DNA of 64,000 nt from Nitrospinales bacterium (GCA_965223795.1 CBDCXL010000002.1:512001-576000), one strand, 5' to 3'. Shown: positions 30,863 to 40,264, counted from the stretch's first letter. The notes: generated by a model not told the origin, from the letters alone. Translations and numbers: made by a program.

Positions 30863-32461
30863 TCAGAACTTGAACCGCATTTCGATGAAACCGCCCCAGT
30901 CCTCGCTTCTCACTTCATTGTGCACACCCACAAATTTTGAAATCATCGAAATATGATTGCTGATGATGTACTGGAATTCGGTTCCCAACGCGTACTGGTC
31001 GTTGGACACGGCGGACCGGTCCATGAGATAGGAAAACTCCGGATTGACGGTGAGGATCTCCCTGAGAAAAAACAGTTTCAATCCGATGGACGCGCCGATC
31101 GAGTCGGTGCCGGTGTTTCTCAGCAGCGGAAAATCGGTCAGGCCGTTGCCGCGGAACAGGATGCCCGCCCGCCCGGTTCTGCCCTGGGCGATGTCGTTCC
31201 AGCCTTCGGTGCCGAAAAACGCCGTCGTGTAAATGTAGTTTTTATCGTAATAGTCCGAAATCAGGATCGGGCGGTTGATGTCGAGGACAAACAGCTGGCC
31301 GTCGCCCTGCCCGTCTCCGGTGAGCCGGTCGTCATTGACGTTGAACATCGCCCGGAAGGCGTAGTTGTAAAGGCCGTAGCTGGACACCAGGGACGCCGCG
31401 AAAAACTGCTGCGACAGGTCGCTGTCGTTGTTGTTCTGCAGATGGAAAAAATTGAACTCCATGTATTTTTTGTACGCATCGACCTGCATGGTCAGGCCGT
31501 ACAGGTCGGTGTCGTTCTTTTCGGGAGCGCCCGCGCGCTGGGCGTTGATCTCGTCGATGGCGGCGATGGCCTGCATGTGCACGCGCGTGGTGCCGGGAAG
31601 CACGATGTTGGGCTTGGACAGCACCAGCCCCAATACGTTGTCGTCCAGCAAAAAACTGTTCTGATAGACCAGCGGAATGATGCCCACCGCGATGTGTATG
31701 TCGTCGGGGAAGCGGTCTTCCGGAAAAATGAAATCGAACATCTCGCCGATCTCGCCTTCGAACCAGGCGAACACCGAATCCTCGGTGAGTTCGAAACGGT
31801 GGTCGGGCTCGCCGGAGTTGTTGTGGAAACGGTAAAGGCCGGAGGCCTGCGGTTCGTCGATGTCCACGAACGGCTGGTAGCGCACATGGAACCGCTCGGT
31901 GTTGGTGAGGTCGAAGTTGAAATCGAGATTGAGGTTGTATCCCAGCTGCCCCTGGTTCTCGCCGGCGATGCGGCCGCCGTACAGGATGGTGCTCAAAAAT
32001 CCGTACAGCTGCGCGCGCGGCCGGATGGCGTTGCCTTCCTTGCCGAACCACTTGAGGCCGTAGTCCTTGAGCGGGCCGGTGCCGAGAAACGGTTCTCCCA
32101 GGGACAAGGCGCGGTTGTCGAAATCCAGCGGGGTTTTGCGGGGGCCGATTTTCTCCGAACCGTTCTTGCTCTCCACCTGCTCCGGTTCGGCCTCCTGATC
32201 GACGGCGGCGTCTTCATCGCCCGGTTGCGCCGCCTGGGCCAGGGTTTTCTGTTCCGGCGGTGACGTGAACGACTCCAGCCGTTCCCCTTCCCGGAAGATC
32301 TCCATCTCGCTGCTTTGCGCGAGCAGGCGCTCTTCAAGACTCCGCGCTTGCTGCGGATCCGCAATCGCAACGCAGGGCAGCAACAGCGTCAGGGCCAACC
32401 CCAACGTTCCCCAGCGCAAGATCGACGCGGTGCGGGGCTTTCTGAACTGGTTATTGAACAA
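30863..32461 (-). CDS. Putative outer-membrane beta-barrel (porin-like) protein
   Basis: Signal peptide ending AIA; alternating aromatic/polar strands; C-terminal ...EMRFKF; start overlaps the upstream cytochrome stop. Confidence 0.78.
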   Translation of the reverse strand: MFNNQFRKPRTASILRWGTLGLALTLLLPCVAIADPQQARSLEERLLAQSSEMEIFREGERLESFTSPPEQKTLAQAAQPGDEDAAVDQEAEPEQVESKNGSEKIGPRKTPLDFDNRALSLGEPFLGTGPLKDYGLKWFGKEGNAIRPRAQLYGFLSTILYGGRIAGENQGQLGYNLNLDFNFDLTNTERFHVRYQPFVDIDEPQASGLYRFHNNSGEPDHRFELTEDSVFAWFEGEIGEMFDFIFPEDRFPDDIHIAVGIIPLVYQNSFLLDDNVLGLVLSKPNIVLPGTTRVHMQAIAAIDEINAQRAGAPEKNDTDLYGLTMQVDAYKKYMEFNFFHLQNNNDSDLSQQFFAASLVSSYGLYNYAFRAMFNVNDDRLTGDGQGDGQLFVLDINRPILISDYYDKNYIYTTAFFGTEGWNDIAQGRTGRAGILFRGNGLTDFPLLRNTGTDSIGASIGLKLFFLREILTVNPEFSYLMDRSAVSNDQYALGTEFQYIISNHISMISKFVGVHNEVRSEDWGGFIEMRFKF

Positions 32462-34133
32462 GTACTCGGAACTCCCTGGAATCCAGCTCGATGATTTCCA
32501 GCTGCGGGATGAAATCATGCGCTTCGATCTGTTTCAAGAGTATAGGAGCGAAATGGCGAAAGTTCAGTTTCACAGTCACATCGTAGTGTTTGGCGTCCTC
32601 CTCGGTGTCGGCGCTGTAGTCCGCCGTTCTCGACTGGAGGGGCAGCAGGCTGTTTTTCTGCTGCCGCGCCTGGGACGGCCCGTTGAAGGAAGCCGACAGA
32701 AAGGGCGCCGGCCGGCTGAACGCGAAATTGTCCACATCCCGCGCAATGGGGAAATGGTCGGGCCGCTCGGTACCGGCGACGGTCTGCAGCTGAAACTTGG
32801 TCTGCAGGTTGAACAGATCGTGGTCGTAGTCGGCCCGGCCCTGCAGCACGTCCATGCTTTTGTTGTCGCGCAGGTCGCCGTTGGAATCGAGATCGCCGCT
32901 CTGGTACACGATGCGCCCCTGATCATCTTTATACGTCACCGCCAGCCAGACCTGGCGTTCGGCGCTGAACCCCGCGGGCAGAGCGTGGCCGCTCATCTTG
33001 TTGGTCACCGTCACGCGGATGTCCAGGTCGTCGCCCTTCTCGATGGATTGCGGGACCTCCACTTTCATCTCGGCGGCGTTTTTGAGCACCTGCATGCGTT
33101 TTTCACGCGCGGTGGCGAGCAGTTCCTCGCTTTTTTTGAGCAGGCTCTCGAATTTCCTGTACTTGCGCTTGTCGAGGCGGTTGAGTTTTTTGCCCGCCTT
33201 CAATTTCGCCTCCACCTTCGAAATCCACTCGTAAAAGTTGGGATCGTCCATCAGTTCCGGCCATTCGTTGGGCCGGATGGGAAACTGGGAGATGGGCAGC
33301 ACGGAATAATCCGGCCCGGAGAAGGTATGGTCGCTCAGGGTGCGCTCGGGAAAGGTCTTGCCGCGGATCTCCGCGATCGGGCCTTTGGCGCGCGGGCTGT
33401 TGACGCCCTGCTCGGTTCCCATGTGGCAGTCCTGGCAGGAAACGCCCTCACGCGCCGCCGGGCTGTTGCGGTACTCGGTGAACAGGTCCTCGAGGCGGAA
33501 GCCGTCGGGGGACGTCACGTCGTGGCACTGGCCGCAGAATTCGGCGCGGCGGATGAAGGGCAGCGCTTCCGCTTTATGGGTTTCCTTGTCGTCGCGGCCG
33601 ATGGGAACGGGCTTGATCTTGTCGAACGGGCCGTAGACGTCGTCCTCGACCACGCCGGTTTCGATCACCAGTTCGCCGCGGCTGCGGCCGTGGCTGTTCT
33701 TGATGCGATGGCACACCACGCAGGTGACGCCTTCGAGAGAGATTTTCCTGCGCAGCTCCGGCGGCAGGCCGGATTTTTCGCCCAGCGCCACCGAGACGGG
33801 CGAATGACAGCGTTCGCAGAAGGTTCCTGTGGTGCCGCTGGTCTTTTCCTGGATCACTTTGGCGAAATTGATGAAAAAGGGACTGATCTGACCGTAGGCA
33901 TGGTTTGAGATACGCCATTGATCGAAATGCTTCGGATGGCAGGTCTTGCACACCTGAGCGGAGGGGTAGCCTTCCGCTTCCGAATTGTCATAGCCCAGGT
34001 CTTTGAACTGTTCGATGGTTTTGATGATATCGGGTTTGATTTCATCCGCCAGGCAGGTGCCCGCAAAAATCACCGAACAGACCGGGATCAAAATCATGCG
34101 GCACATCCCGCGGATGAGGCTCCAGCGTGTCAT
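32451..34133 (-). CDS. Pentaheme c-type cytochrome with C-terminal beta-sandwich-like domain, paralog 2
   Basis: Signal peptide; CKTCH, CERCH, CVVCH, CGQCH, CQDCH; GHALPAG. Confidence 0.9.
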   Translation of the reverse strand: MTRWSLIRGMCRMILIPVCSVIFAGTCLADEIKPDIIKTIEQFKDLGYDNSEAEGYPSAQVCKTCHPKHFDQWRISNHAYGQISPFFINFAKVIQEKTSGTTGTFCERCHSPVSVALGEKSGLPPELRRKISLEGVTCVVCHRIKNSHGRSRGELVIETGVVEDDVYGPFDKIKPVPIGRDDKETHKAEALPFIRRAEFCGQCHDVTSPDGFRLEDLFTEYRNSPAAREGVSCQDCHMGTEQGVNSPRAKGPIAEIRGKTFPERTLSDHTFSGPDYSVLPISQFPIRPNEWPELMDDPNFYEWISKVEAKLKAGKKLNRLDKRKYRKFESLLKKSEELLATAREKRMQVLKNAAEMKVEVPQSIEKGDDLDIRVTVTNKMSGHALPAGFSAERQVWLAVTYKDDQGRIVYQSGDLDSNGDLRDNKSMDVLQGRADYDHDLFNLQTKFQLQTVAGTERPDHFPIARDVDNFAFSRPAPFLSASFNGPSQARQQKNSLLPLQSRTADYSADTEEDAKHYDVTVKLNFRHFAPILLKQIEAHDFIPQLEIIELDSREFRVLVQ

Positions 34134-34432
34134 CTTAAAATTCCTTCATCAGCTATCAGCGGATTGCAGGCAATCCTTTTGTCAATGAGCCGACAAAGAA
34201 ACCCAAATGTCTCGAAGCGAAAACGCAGTCCTGCTGTTTACCCTAAGGGTAATCTGACTCCCGGTCATCTGAGGCTTTTGATCGCACCCGGGATGGGTGT
34301 AAATGGAAGAATATCAAAAGCGATGCCAGGGCGGAGTTGCTTGCCGGCCAACAAGTTCTCTCAACCCACTTAGGTATAACATTTCCATTGAAAGATCAAT
34401 GTAAACTTAATAAATCGATATCATTCAAATAC

Positions 34433-36223
34433 TTAACAAAAACCCCCCGTTTCCTGGCAACTTCCTGCCACTCTGCCTTCTACCAGATGCACACCGGAGT
34501 CATTCTGGCTGAATTTTGGCTCTTCTTCGGATTGAACCTGGACGCGGAATTGTTTGGAATCCAGTTCGACGATTTCAAGCTGCGGAATGAATTCATGCAC
34601 CTCGATCTGCTTCAACAATATAGGAGCGAAATGCCGGTAGTTCAGCTTCACGCTCACATCGTAATAAGCCGCGTCCTCATCCGTATCCGCTTCGTATTTT
34701 TTGGAGCGCGACTTGAGCGGCGGCAGGCTGTTTTTCTGCTGCCGCGCCTGGGACGGCCCGTTGAAGGAAGCCGATGGAAAGGGCGCCGGCCGGCTGAAGA
34801 AAAAATTGTCCACATCCCTGGGGACGGGAAAGTGGTCGGTCCGTTCGGTGCCGGCGACGGTCTGCAACCGGAACTTGGTCTGCAGGTTGAACAGGTCGTG
34901 GTCGTAATCGGCCCGGCCCTGCAGCACGTCCATGCTTTTGTTGTCGCGCAGGTCGCCGTTGGAATCGAGATCGCCGCTCTGGTACACGATGCGCCCCCGA
35001 TCGTCCGTAAACGTCACCGCCAGCCAGACCTGGCGCTCGGCGCTGAACCCCGCGGGCAGGGCATGGCCGCTCATCTTGTTTTTCACCGTCACGCGGATTT
35101 CCAGATCGTCGCCCTTCTCGATGGATTCAGGCGCCTCGACGCTCACTTCGGCGGCATTTTTCAAAAGCTGGTGGCGTTTTTCACGCGCGGTGGCGAGCAG
35201 TTCCTCGCTTTTTTTGAGCAGGCTCTCGAATTTTTTGTACTTGCGCTTGTCCAGCCGGTTGAGTTTTTTCCCGGCTTTGCGCTTCGCCTCCACCTTGGAA
35301 ATCCACTGGTAAAAATTGGGATCGTCCATCAGCACCGGCCATTCGTTGGGGCGTATGGGAAACCGGGAGATGGGCAGCACCGAGTAATCCGGCCCGGAGA
35401 AGGTGTGGTCGCTCAGGGTGCGCTCGGGAAATTTTTTGCCTTTGATCACGGCGATGGGGCCTTTGGCGCGCAGGCTGTTGACGCCCTGTTCGGTCCCCAT
35501 GTGGCAGTCCTGGCAGGAAACGCCCTCACGCGCCGCCGGGCTGTTGCGGTACTCGGTGAACAGGTCCTCGATGCGGAAGCCGTCGGGCCCGGTCACGTCG
35601 TGACACTGGCCGCAGAACTCGGCGCGGCGGATGAAGGGCAGCGCCTCCGCCTTGTGGGTTTCCTTGTCGTCGCGGCCGATGGGCACCGGCTTGATCTTGT
35701 CGAACGGGCCGTAGACGTCGTCCTCCAGCACGCCGGTTTCGATCACCAGCTCGCCGCGGCTGCGGCCGTGGCTGTTTTTCACGCGGTGGCACACCACGCA
35801 GGTGACGCCTTCCAGGCCGACTTTCGGCTGTTTTTCAAGCGGCGTGTCGGACTTGGTTCCCAGAGCCACGCCGACGGGCGTGTGGCAGCGCACGCAGAAG
35901 GTGCCGTTGGTGCCGCTGGTCTTCTCCTGGATGATTTTGGTGAAGTTGATGAAGAAGGGGCTGATCTGGGCGTAGGCGTGGTTCGACACGCGCCACTGGT
36001 CGAAATGTTTCGGATGACAGGTCTTGCACACCTGGGCGGAGGGATAGCCCTCCACTTCTTCATTGGCGTAACCGGGATCTTTGAATTCCCCGATAGACAG
36101 GATTCGGTCCGTGGATTTGCCTGGGCCGGTCTGCGACTCTGCGGCAAAAGCGGAAACGGCAAGCATCTGCATACAGATCACCAAGAGAAAGAAACGGTCG
36201 TTCGGGAGTTTCCAGCGTGTCAT
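34433..36223 (-). CDS. Pentaheme c-type cytochrome, paralog 1
   Basis: GAGGAA RBS, MTRW start like the paralog; CKTCH, CVRCH, CVVCH, CGQCH, CQDCH. Confidence 0.9.
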   Translation of the reverse strand: MTRWKLPNDRFFLLVICMQMLAVSAFAAESQTGPGKSTDRILSIGEFKDPGYANEEVEGYPSAQVCKTCHPKHFDQWRVSNHAYAQISPFFINFTKIIQEKTSGTNGTFCVRCHTPVGVALGTKSDTPLEKQPKVGLEGVTCVVCHRVKNSHGRSRGELVIETGVLEDDVYGPFDKIKPVPIGRDDKETHKAEALPFIRRAEFCGQCHDVTGPDGFRIEDLFTEYRNSPAAREGVSCQDCHMGTEQGVNSLRAKGPIAVIKGKKFPERTLSDHTFSGPDYSVLPISRFPIRPNEWPVLMDDPNFYQWISKVEAKRKAGKKLNRLDKRKYKKFESLLKKSEELLATAREKRHQLLKNAAEVSVEAPESIEKGDDLEIRVTVKNKMSGHALPAGFSAERQVWLAVTFTDDRGRIVYQSGDLDSNGDLRDNKSMDVLQGRADYDHDLFNLQTKFRLQTVAGTERTDHFPVPRDVDNFFFSRPAPFPSASFNGPSQARQQKNSLPPLKSRSKKYEADTDEDAAYYDVSVKLNYRHFAPILLKQIEVHEFIPQLEIVELDSKQFRVQVQSEEEPKFSQNDSGVHLVEGRVAGSCQETGGFC

Positions 36224-36725
36224 GACAATTTCCTCGTGTTTCCCACGCGACAGGTGGAGCGATTGCTGAAAATAATTCGAATGTCTGTTGAACAGACCAC
36301 TCCCTGCATCCCCTTGCGCGCCCAAAAGGGGGAGAGGTGCACAGCATGATGGGATCGCAAAGGGGACAGGAAGCGTTCCTGGTCTTCGGTTCCACTCAGA
36401 ATAAAGCTTAGGTGCCTTCGAATGCCCTGCGTCCGCATTGCAGAAACAACACGGTCGCAAAGCAAAGGGTGAGAGGAAATTCCGGCCGGCGGGTATCCTT
36501 ACTCGCGGTCTTTAAGTACCGCATTTCAAAGCAGAATTCAATATAAATTAAGCATAATTTTATATAAAATTTATAAAAATTTCCAAATCAAACAGTTGCC
36601 TCGCCACTGTTTTGGCATAGGAGTTTCTCGCACCAGTTGCATCCAAACCGGATTGAATTCTGTGCTACTCTTTGGAACGTTCCAGGCAACCGCCGGATTC
36701 ACCCTTTCGACTTGCAATCACCGCC

Positions 36726-37451
36726 ATGTCCATCCAGTCCGACCGCAACGGCATGTTCATTCAGGGAATGACCGACGCCGATGACCTGATGCGCTACCTG
36801 CAATCGCGCTTCGAGGAAACCGAAATCCAGGAGACCTACGCGCGGCTGGTGGAAGCGGCGAAGGCGCTGGCGCGGGAGGAAAAGATCACGCCGCTGAGAG
36901 CGTTCTGGAAACTGCTGGAGCGCGCCTACAAGGAAAAAACCGCGCCGCTGCAATGCCAGAGCGGCTGCGCGCACTGCTGCTACACCGGCGTCGCGCTGAC
37001 CCAGCTCGAATGGGACGGCATCTTAAACCGGGTCGAGGAAAACGGCATCGATCTCAACGAAGTGATCGAGCGCTCGCACAAAACCGTCGAGCGCGTGCGC
37101 GAGGTGCTCAAATCGAAACGCAACCTGGAACAGGTGGACTGGCACCGCCTGGTCATCAACCAGCCCTGCCCGTTTCTCGGCGAGGACCAGACCTGCACCA
37201 TCTACGAAGACCGGCCGCTCGACTGCCGGCTGGTGGTGGCCTACCGCGACGCCTGCACCTCCAAGAAACTGGAGCACGCCCAGCGCGGCGGGGTCGTCGA
37301 GGAAGCGGTGGGCTCGACGGTGATCGCGAAACTGCAGCACGACCTAACGCCCAAGATCAAGCGCCGCAAATTCCACGGGCATCAGCCGCTGCGCCTGTTT
37401 CAGCACTGGCTGATCCTGTGGCAGGAGAAAAAATCCAAAAAACGCCGTTAG
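36726..37451 (+). CDS. YkgJ family cysteine-cluster (Zn/Fe-chelating) protein
   Basis: CQSGCAHCC...CPFL...CTIYEDRPLDCR. Confidence 0.88.
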   Translation: MSIQSDRNGMFIQGMTDADDLMRYLQSRFEETEIQETYARLVEAAKALAREEKITPLRAFWKLLERAYKEKTAPLQCQSGCAHCCYTGVALTQLEWDGILNRVEENGIDLNEVIERSHKTVERVREVLKSKRNLEQVDWHRLVINQPCPFLGEDQTCTIYEDRPLDCRLVVAYRDACTSKKLEHAQRGGVVEEAVGSTVIAKLQHDLTPKIKRRKFHGHQPLRLFQHWLILWQEKKSKKRR

Positions 37452-37496
37452 ACGTTATCGATGAAACTTTGTCGATAAGACGCCGCTGAGGTTCCC

Positions 37497-38519
37497 ATGA
37501 AAACCGCCTGCCTCACCGCCCCGCGCACCCTGAAGATCGAAGACCGCCCTGCCCTGTCCGCCGCGCCGGGGGAAACTGTGATCGACGTCGAATGGGCGGG
37601 CGTGTGCGGCACCGACCTCGCTCTCTTTTCCGGCGACTACCCGGTGCCGCTGCCATTGGTGTGCGGGCACGAATTCGTCGGCCGGGTGAAAACGTCGGGC
37701 CGCGGCGTGCCGCCGCGCTGGCGCGGACGCCGGATCACCGCCGAGATCAACAACACCTGCCGCGCCTACGCGCGTCCCGATCCCTGCCGCGCCTGCGCCG
37801 CGAACCTGTGCAGCCATTGCCTCAACCGCAGCGTGACGGGCATCATCCAGCACGACGGCGCGTTCGCCGAGCAGGTCGTGGTGCCGGCGGGCGTGCTGCA
37901 CGAGCTGCCGGAAACGCTCGATCCGTTGACGGCGGTGCTCACCGAACCGCTGGCGGCGGCGCTGCAGACCTTCGAGATGACCCCGGTCACGGGTGACGAA
38001 AAAGTGGCGGTGCTGGGCGCGGGACGGCTGGGCGTGCTCATCGTGTTCGCGGCGGCGCAGCGCGGGCTGGAGACGGCGGCGGTGTCGCGCAGCGAGGCCA
38101 AGCGGCAGCGGGCGCAGGAATACGGCGCGGCGCGCGGCTACACGCCGGAGGAAGCGGCGGCAGGCATCCAGGAATGGACGGAAGGTTTAGGCGCAGACCT
38201 GGTGATCGAGGCGACGGGCAGCCCGGACGGGCTCACGCTGGCGCAGACGCTGGTGCGGCCGCGCGGCACGGTGTCGGTCAAGACCACCTGCGGCCTGCCG
38301 GAGACGGGGCTGGATATCACGAAACTGGTGGTGGACGAAGTGCGCCTGCAGGGCTCGCGCTGCGGCCCGTTCGCCCCGGCGCTCGAACTGCTCAACGCAA
38401 ATCAGGATACGCTCAAAAAACTCATCACCAGCGTGCGCCCGCTGGACGACGCCCAGCAGGCAGTCGAGTCGGCTTACGAAGAGAGCAAGGTGGTGCTGCA
38501 GGTGGGAGAAACTAATTAA
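37497..38519 (+). CDS. Zinc-dependent (MDR) alcohol/sugar dehydrogenase
   Basis: GVCGTD, GHEFVG, GAGRLG. Confidence 0.92.
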   Translation: MKTACLTAPRTLKIEDRPALSAAPGETVIDVEWAGVCGTDLALFSGDYPVPLPLVCGHEFVGRVKTSGRGVPPRWRGRRITAEINNTCRAYARPDPCRACAANLCSHCLNRSVTGIIQHDGAFAEQVVVPAGVLHELPETLDPLTAVLTEPLAAALQTFEMTPVTGDEKVAVLGAGRLGVLIVFAAAQRGLETAAVSRSEAKRQRAQEYGAARGYTPEEAAAGIQEWTEGLGADLVIEATGSPDGLTLAQTLVRPRGTVSVKTTCGLPETGLDITKLVVDEVRLQGSRCGPFAPALELLNANQDTLKKLITSVRPLDDAQQAVESAYEESKVVLQVGETN

Positions 38520-38543
38520 AAGCTGAATTGAAAAAGGTGCAAT

Positions 38544-38780
38544 GTGGAAGAAAGAACCGTGAGGGAATTGAGTGGCGAAATCTGGGCTGAAATTACGATG
38601 GAGCAAAATTTTAATAAGGAGTCCATTTTAAATTCTATTGAGACTAAAGCGAAAGATGAAATTCTTGATTTTGTTATGAGAGTGTTGGCCCGACATGATG
38701 GGAAAAAGATTGTTATCGATTCGGAAATGCCCGTCGAGCCACTTCCATATAGATTCAACCCGGAGGATGAAAATGAATAA
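38544..38780 (+). CDS. AT-rich small hypothetical protein
   Basis: 78-aa ORF with RBS-like AAGG; low GC; no recognisable motif. Confidence 0.5.
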   Translation: MEERTVRELSGEIWAEITMEQNFNKESILNSIETKAKDEILDFVMRVLARHDGKKIVIDSEMPVEPLPYRFNPEDENE

Positions 38781-38794
38781 ATTTCCCCTTCATT

Positions 38795-38874
38795 CGCTGG
38801 ACGACGCGCAGCAGGCTGTGGAATCGGCGTATCAGGAGAGCAAGGGGGTGCTGAAGGTGGGGGAAGAAAGTTGA
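38795..38874 (+). repeat. Diverged duplicate of the last 80 nt of the dehydrogenase gene (38440-38519)
   Basis: 64/80 identical by hand; encodes LDDAQQAVESAYQESKGVLKVGEES* versus LDDAQQAVESAYEESKVVLQVGETN*. Confidence 0.9.
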
Positions 38875-38886
38875 TTGAAGATACGA

Positions 38887-39183
38887 TTACAGGTTTAAAG
38901 ACACTACGGGGAAACGTTTGACCTTGATGCTCGCTGCCTTGCCATGCATCCGCGCCATATCATAAGCCATTTGCATTCTCAACCAATGTTCCGGCGTGCT
39001 GCCGAAAGCCTTGGATGCACGAATCGCCATTTCCGCCGACAGAGACGTTTTTGCATTGATGACCCGCGACAGGGTTTGCCGTGTCACCCCCAAACCTTCC
39101 GCGGCTTCCGTCACACTCAGCCCCGCGGATTCTATGCAATGCTTGATCAGTTTTCCCGGATGGGGCGGGTTTTTCATCGGCAT
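38887..39183 (-). CDS. higA: HigA family antitoxin (XRE HTH)
   Basis: MKNPPHPG...LGVTRQTLS...MAIR...WLRMQMAYD. Confidence 0.93.
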   Translation of the reverse strand: MPMKNPPHPGKLIKHCIESAGLSVTEAAEGLGVTRQTLSRVINAKTSLSAEMAIRASKAFGSTPEHWLRMQMAYDMARMHGKAASIKVKRFPVVSLNL

Positions 39184-39195
39184 AAAGCTTATCTC

Positions 39196-39473
39196 CTAAT
39201 GGTAGTCCACTAAATCAACATCAGACGCTTTTCCATCTTCAAACCTGAAGATGATTCTGTGGTTTCTCGATACAAAGACACTGTAAAAACCGCGCTTATC
39301 GCCTTTGAGCGCATGAAAATTAATCCTGTGATATCCAGTTCCTCCAGCTTTTCTGCGCTATCGAGAACCGATAAATACAGCTCTGCCTTGTCTGCTATAT
39401 CCGGCCTCAAACGGCTTTTGTCGCCCCGCTCATAAAGTCTTTTCAGACCCCGGTGCCGGAAATTTTCGATCAT
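39196..39473 (-). pseudogene. higB: HigB (RelE-family) toxin, frameshifted by a 1-nt deletion near 39321
   Basis: MIENFRHRGLKRLYERGD...LDITG, then a second frame continues NFHALKGDKRGFYSVFVSRNHRIIFRFEDGKASDVDLVDYH*; span is 278 nt (3n-1). Confidence 0.88.
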
Positions 39474-39478
39474 GCCAC

Positions 39479-39507
39479 ATTGTAACACGTAACATGACAT
39501 GTTTCAA
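39479..39507 (-). promoter_or_regulatory. sigma70 promoter of higBA with overlapping imperfect palindrome (putative HigA operator); likely leaderless mRNA
   Basis: TTGAAA-17nt-TACAAT ending 5 nt before the ATG; TGTAACACGTAACATGACA. Confidence 0.7.
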
Positions 39508-39625
39508 TTTCATCATGACCTGATATTCCCTGAAACGCCCTTAAAGTGATTCTTTGTTTGCAGGAACTATGCGAAGAGAGGATGCGACCTAGAAGAAGCC
39601 GAGCTCTTTCGAGTAAGACGTGGGA

Positions 39626-39934
39626 TTAGTATTTTTGGGGAACGTCTATTTGAGAGATCACGATCAGAAACACCCAGGTTCCCAGTAAAGCAATGAATAG
39701 AGAATGAAGCCCAAAAGCGGATATCAAAAGCAGCGACCAGCTTTGTTCAAATGAAGAATCAAAAGAGATGATTGGGAATACCAAAAAAACGATCGATACC
39801 CGCACGGCCCTCCGAGCACGCAAGCTCGTTATGCGAGAACTCCGTTTCCATACCCGATAAGCCAATCCATAGCACACCAGATACAAAACCGGTTTGCCAT
39901 AATAGATCAATTCATAAAATTTCATCGGTCCCAC
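39626..39934 (-). CDS. Small membrane protein, tandem paralog B
   Basis: About 3 TM segments; shares RRxVRVSIxFLVFP...FEQxW with its neighbour. Confidence 0.7.
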   Translation of the reverse strand: MGPMKFYELIYYGKPVLYLVCYGLAYRVWKRSSRITSLRARRAVRVSIVFLVFPIISFDSSFEQSWSLLLISAFGLHSLFIALLGTWVFLIVISQIDVPQKY

Positions 39935-39967
39935 TTTGGGGTAAGAATTTCTAAACCATCAGTTGTT

Positions 39968-40264
39968 TTATTTACGAGGGAAATCCAGTGTAGCTATCGA
40001 AGCCAACATCGCCCAAATAACCAGAAAAATGAACAAACCAGAAATATTCAAATCCACGATCCCCATAACAAGACCCATCCAGATTTGTTCGAATATTATT
40101 GGGTGTCCCAAGTAAAAAACCGGGAACACTAAAAACAGGATCGATACTCGTACTGGCCGCCTGATTTTTGCATTTGTCAATCGTGCACTCCATATCCAGG
40201 CAATTGCGGCAACTACATAAGCAGATAGAAACAAAACCAGATTATTTTCGAAATTAATATCCAT
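39968..40264 (-). CDS. Small membrane protein, tandem paralog A
   Basis: About 3 TM segments; RRPVRVSILFLVFP...FEQIW; low GC. Confidence 0.7.
   Translation of the reverse strand: MDINFENNLVLFLSAYVVAAIAWIWSARLTNAKIRRPVRVSILFLVFPVFYLGHPIIFEQIWMGLVMGIVDLNISGLFIFLVIWAMLASIATLDFPRK

Noticed and set aside
28087..32461. Calling the decaheme and barrel mtrA/mtrB
   Set aside because: Heme spacing, TM anchor, barrel length and gene order differ; no recognisable sequence motif
32451..36223. Pentaheme proteins as NrfA nitrite reductase or HAO
   Set aside because: All five motifs are CxxCH with no CxxCK site, I recognise no other NrfA motif, and there are not eight hemes
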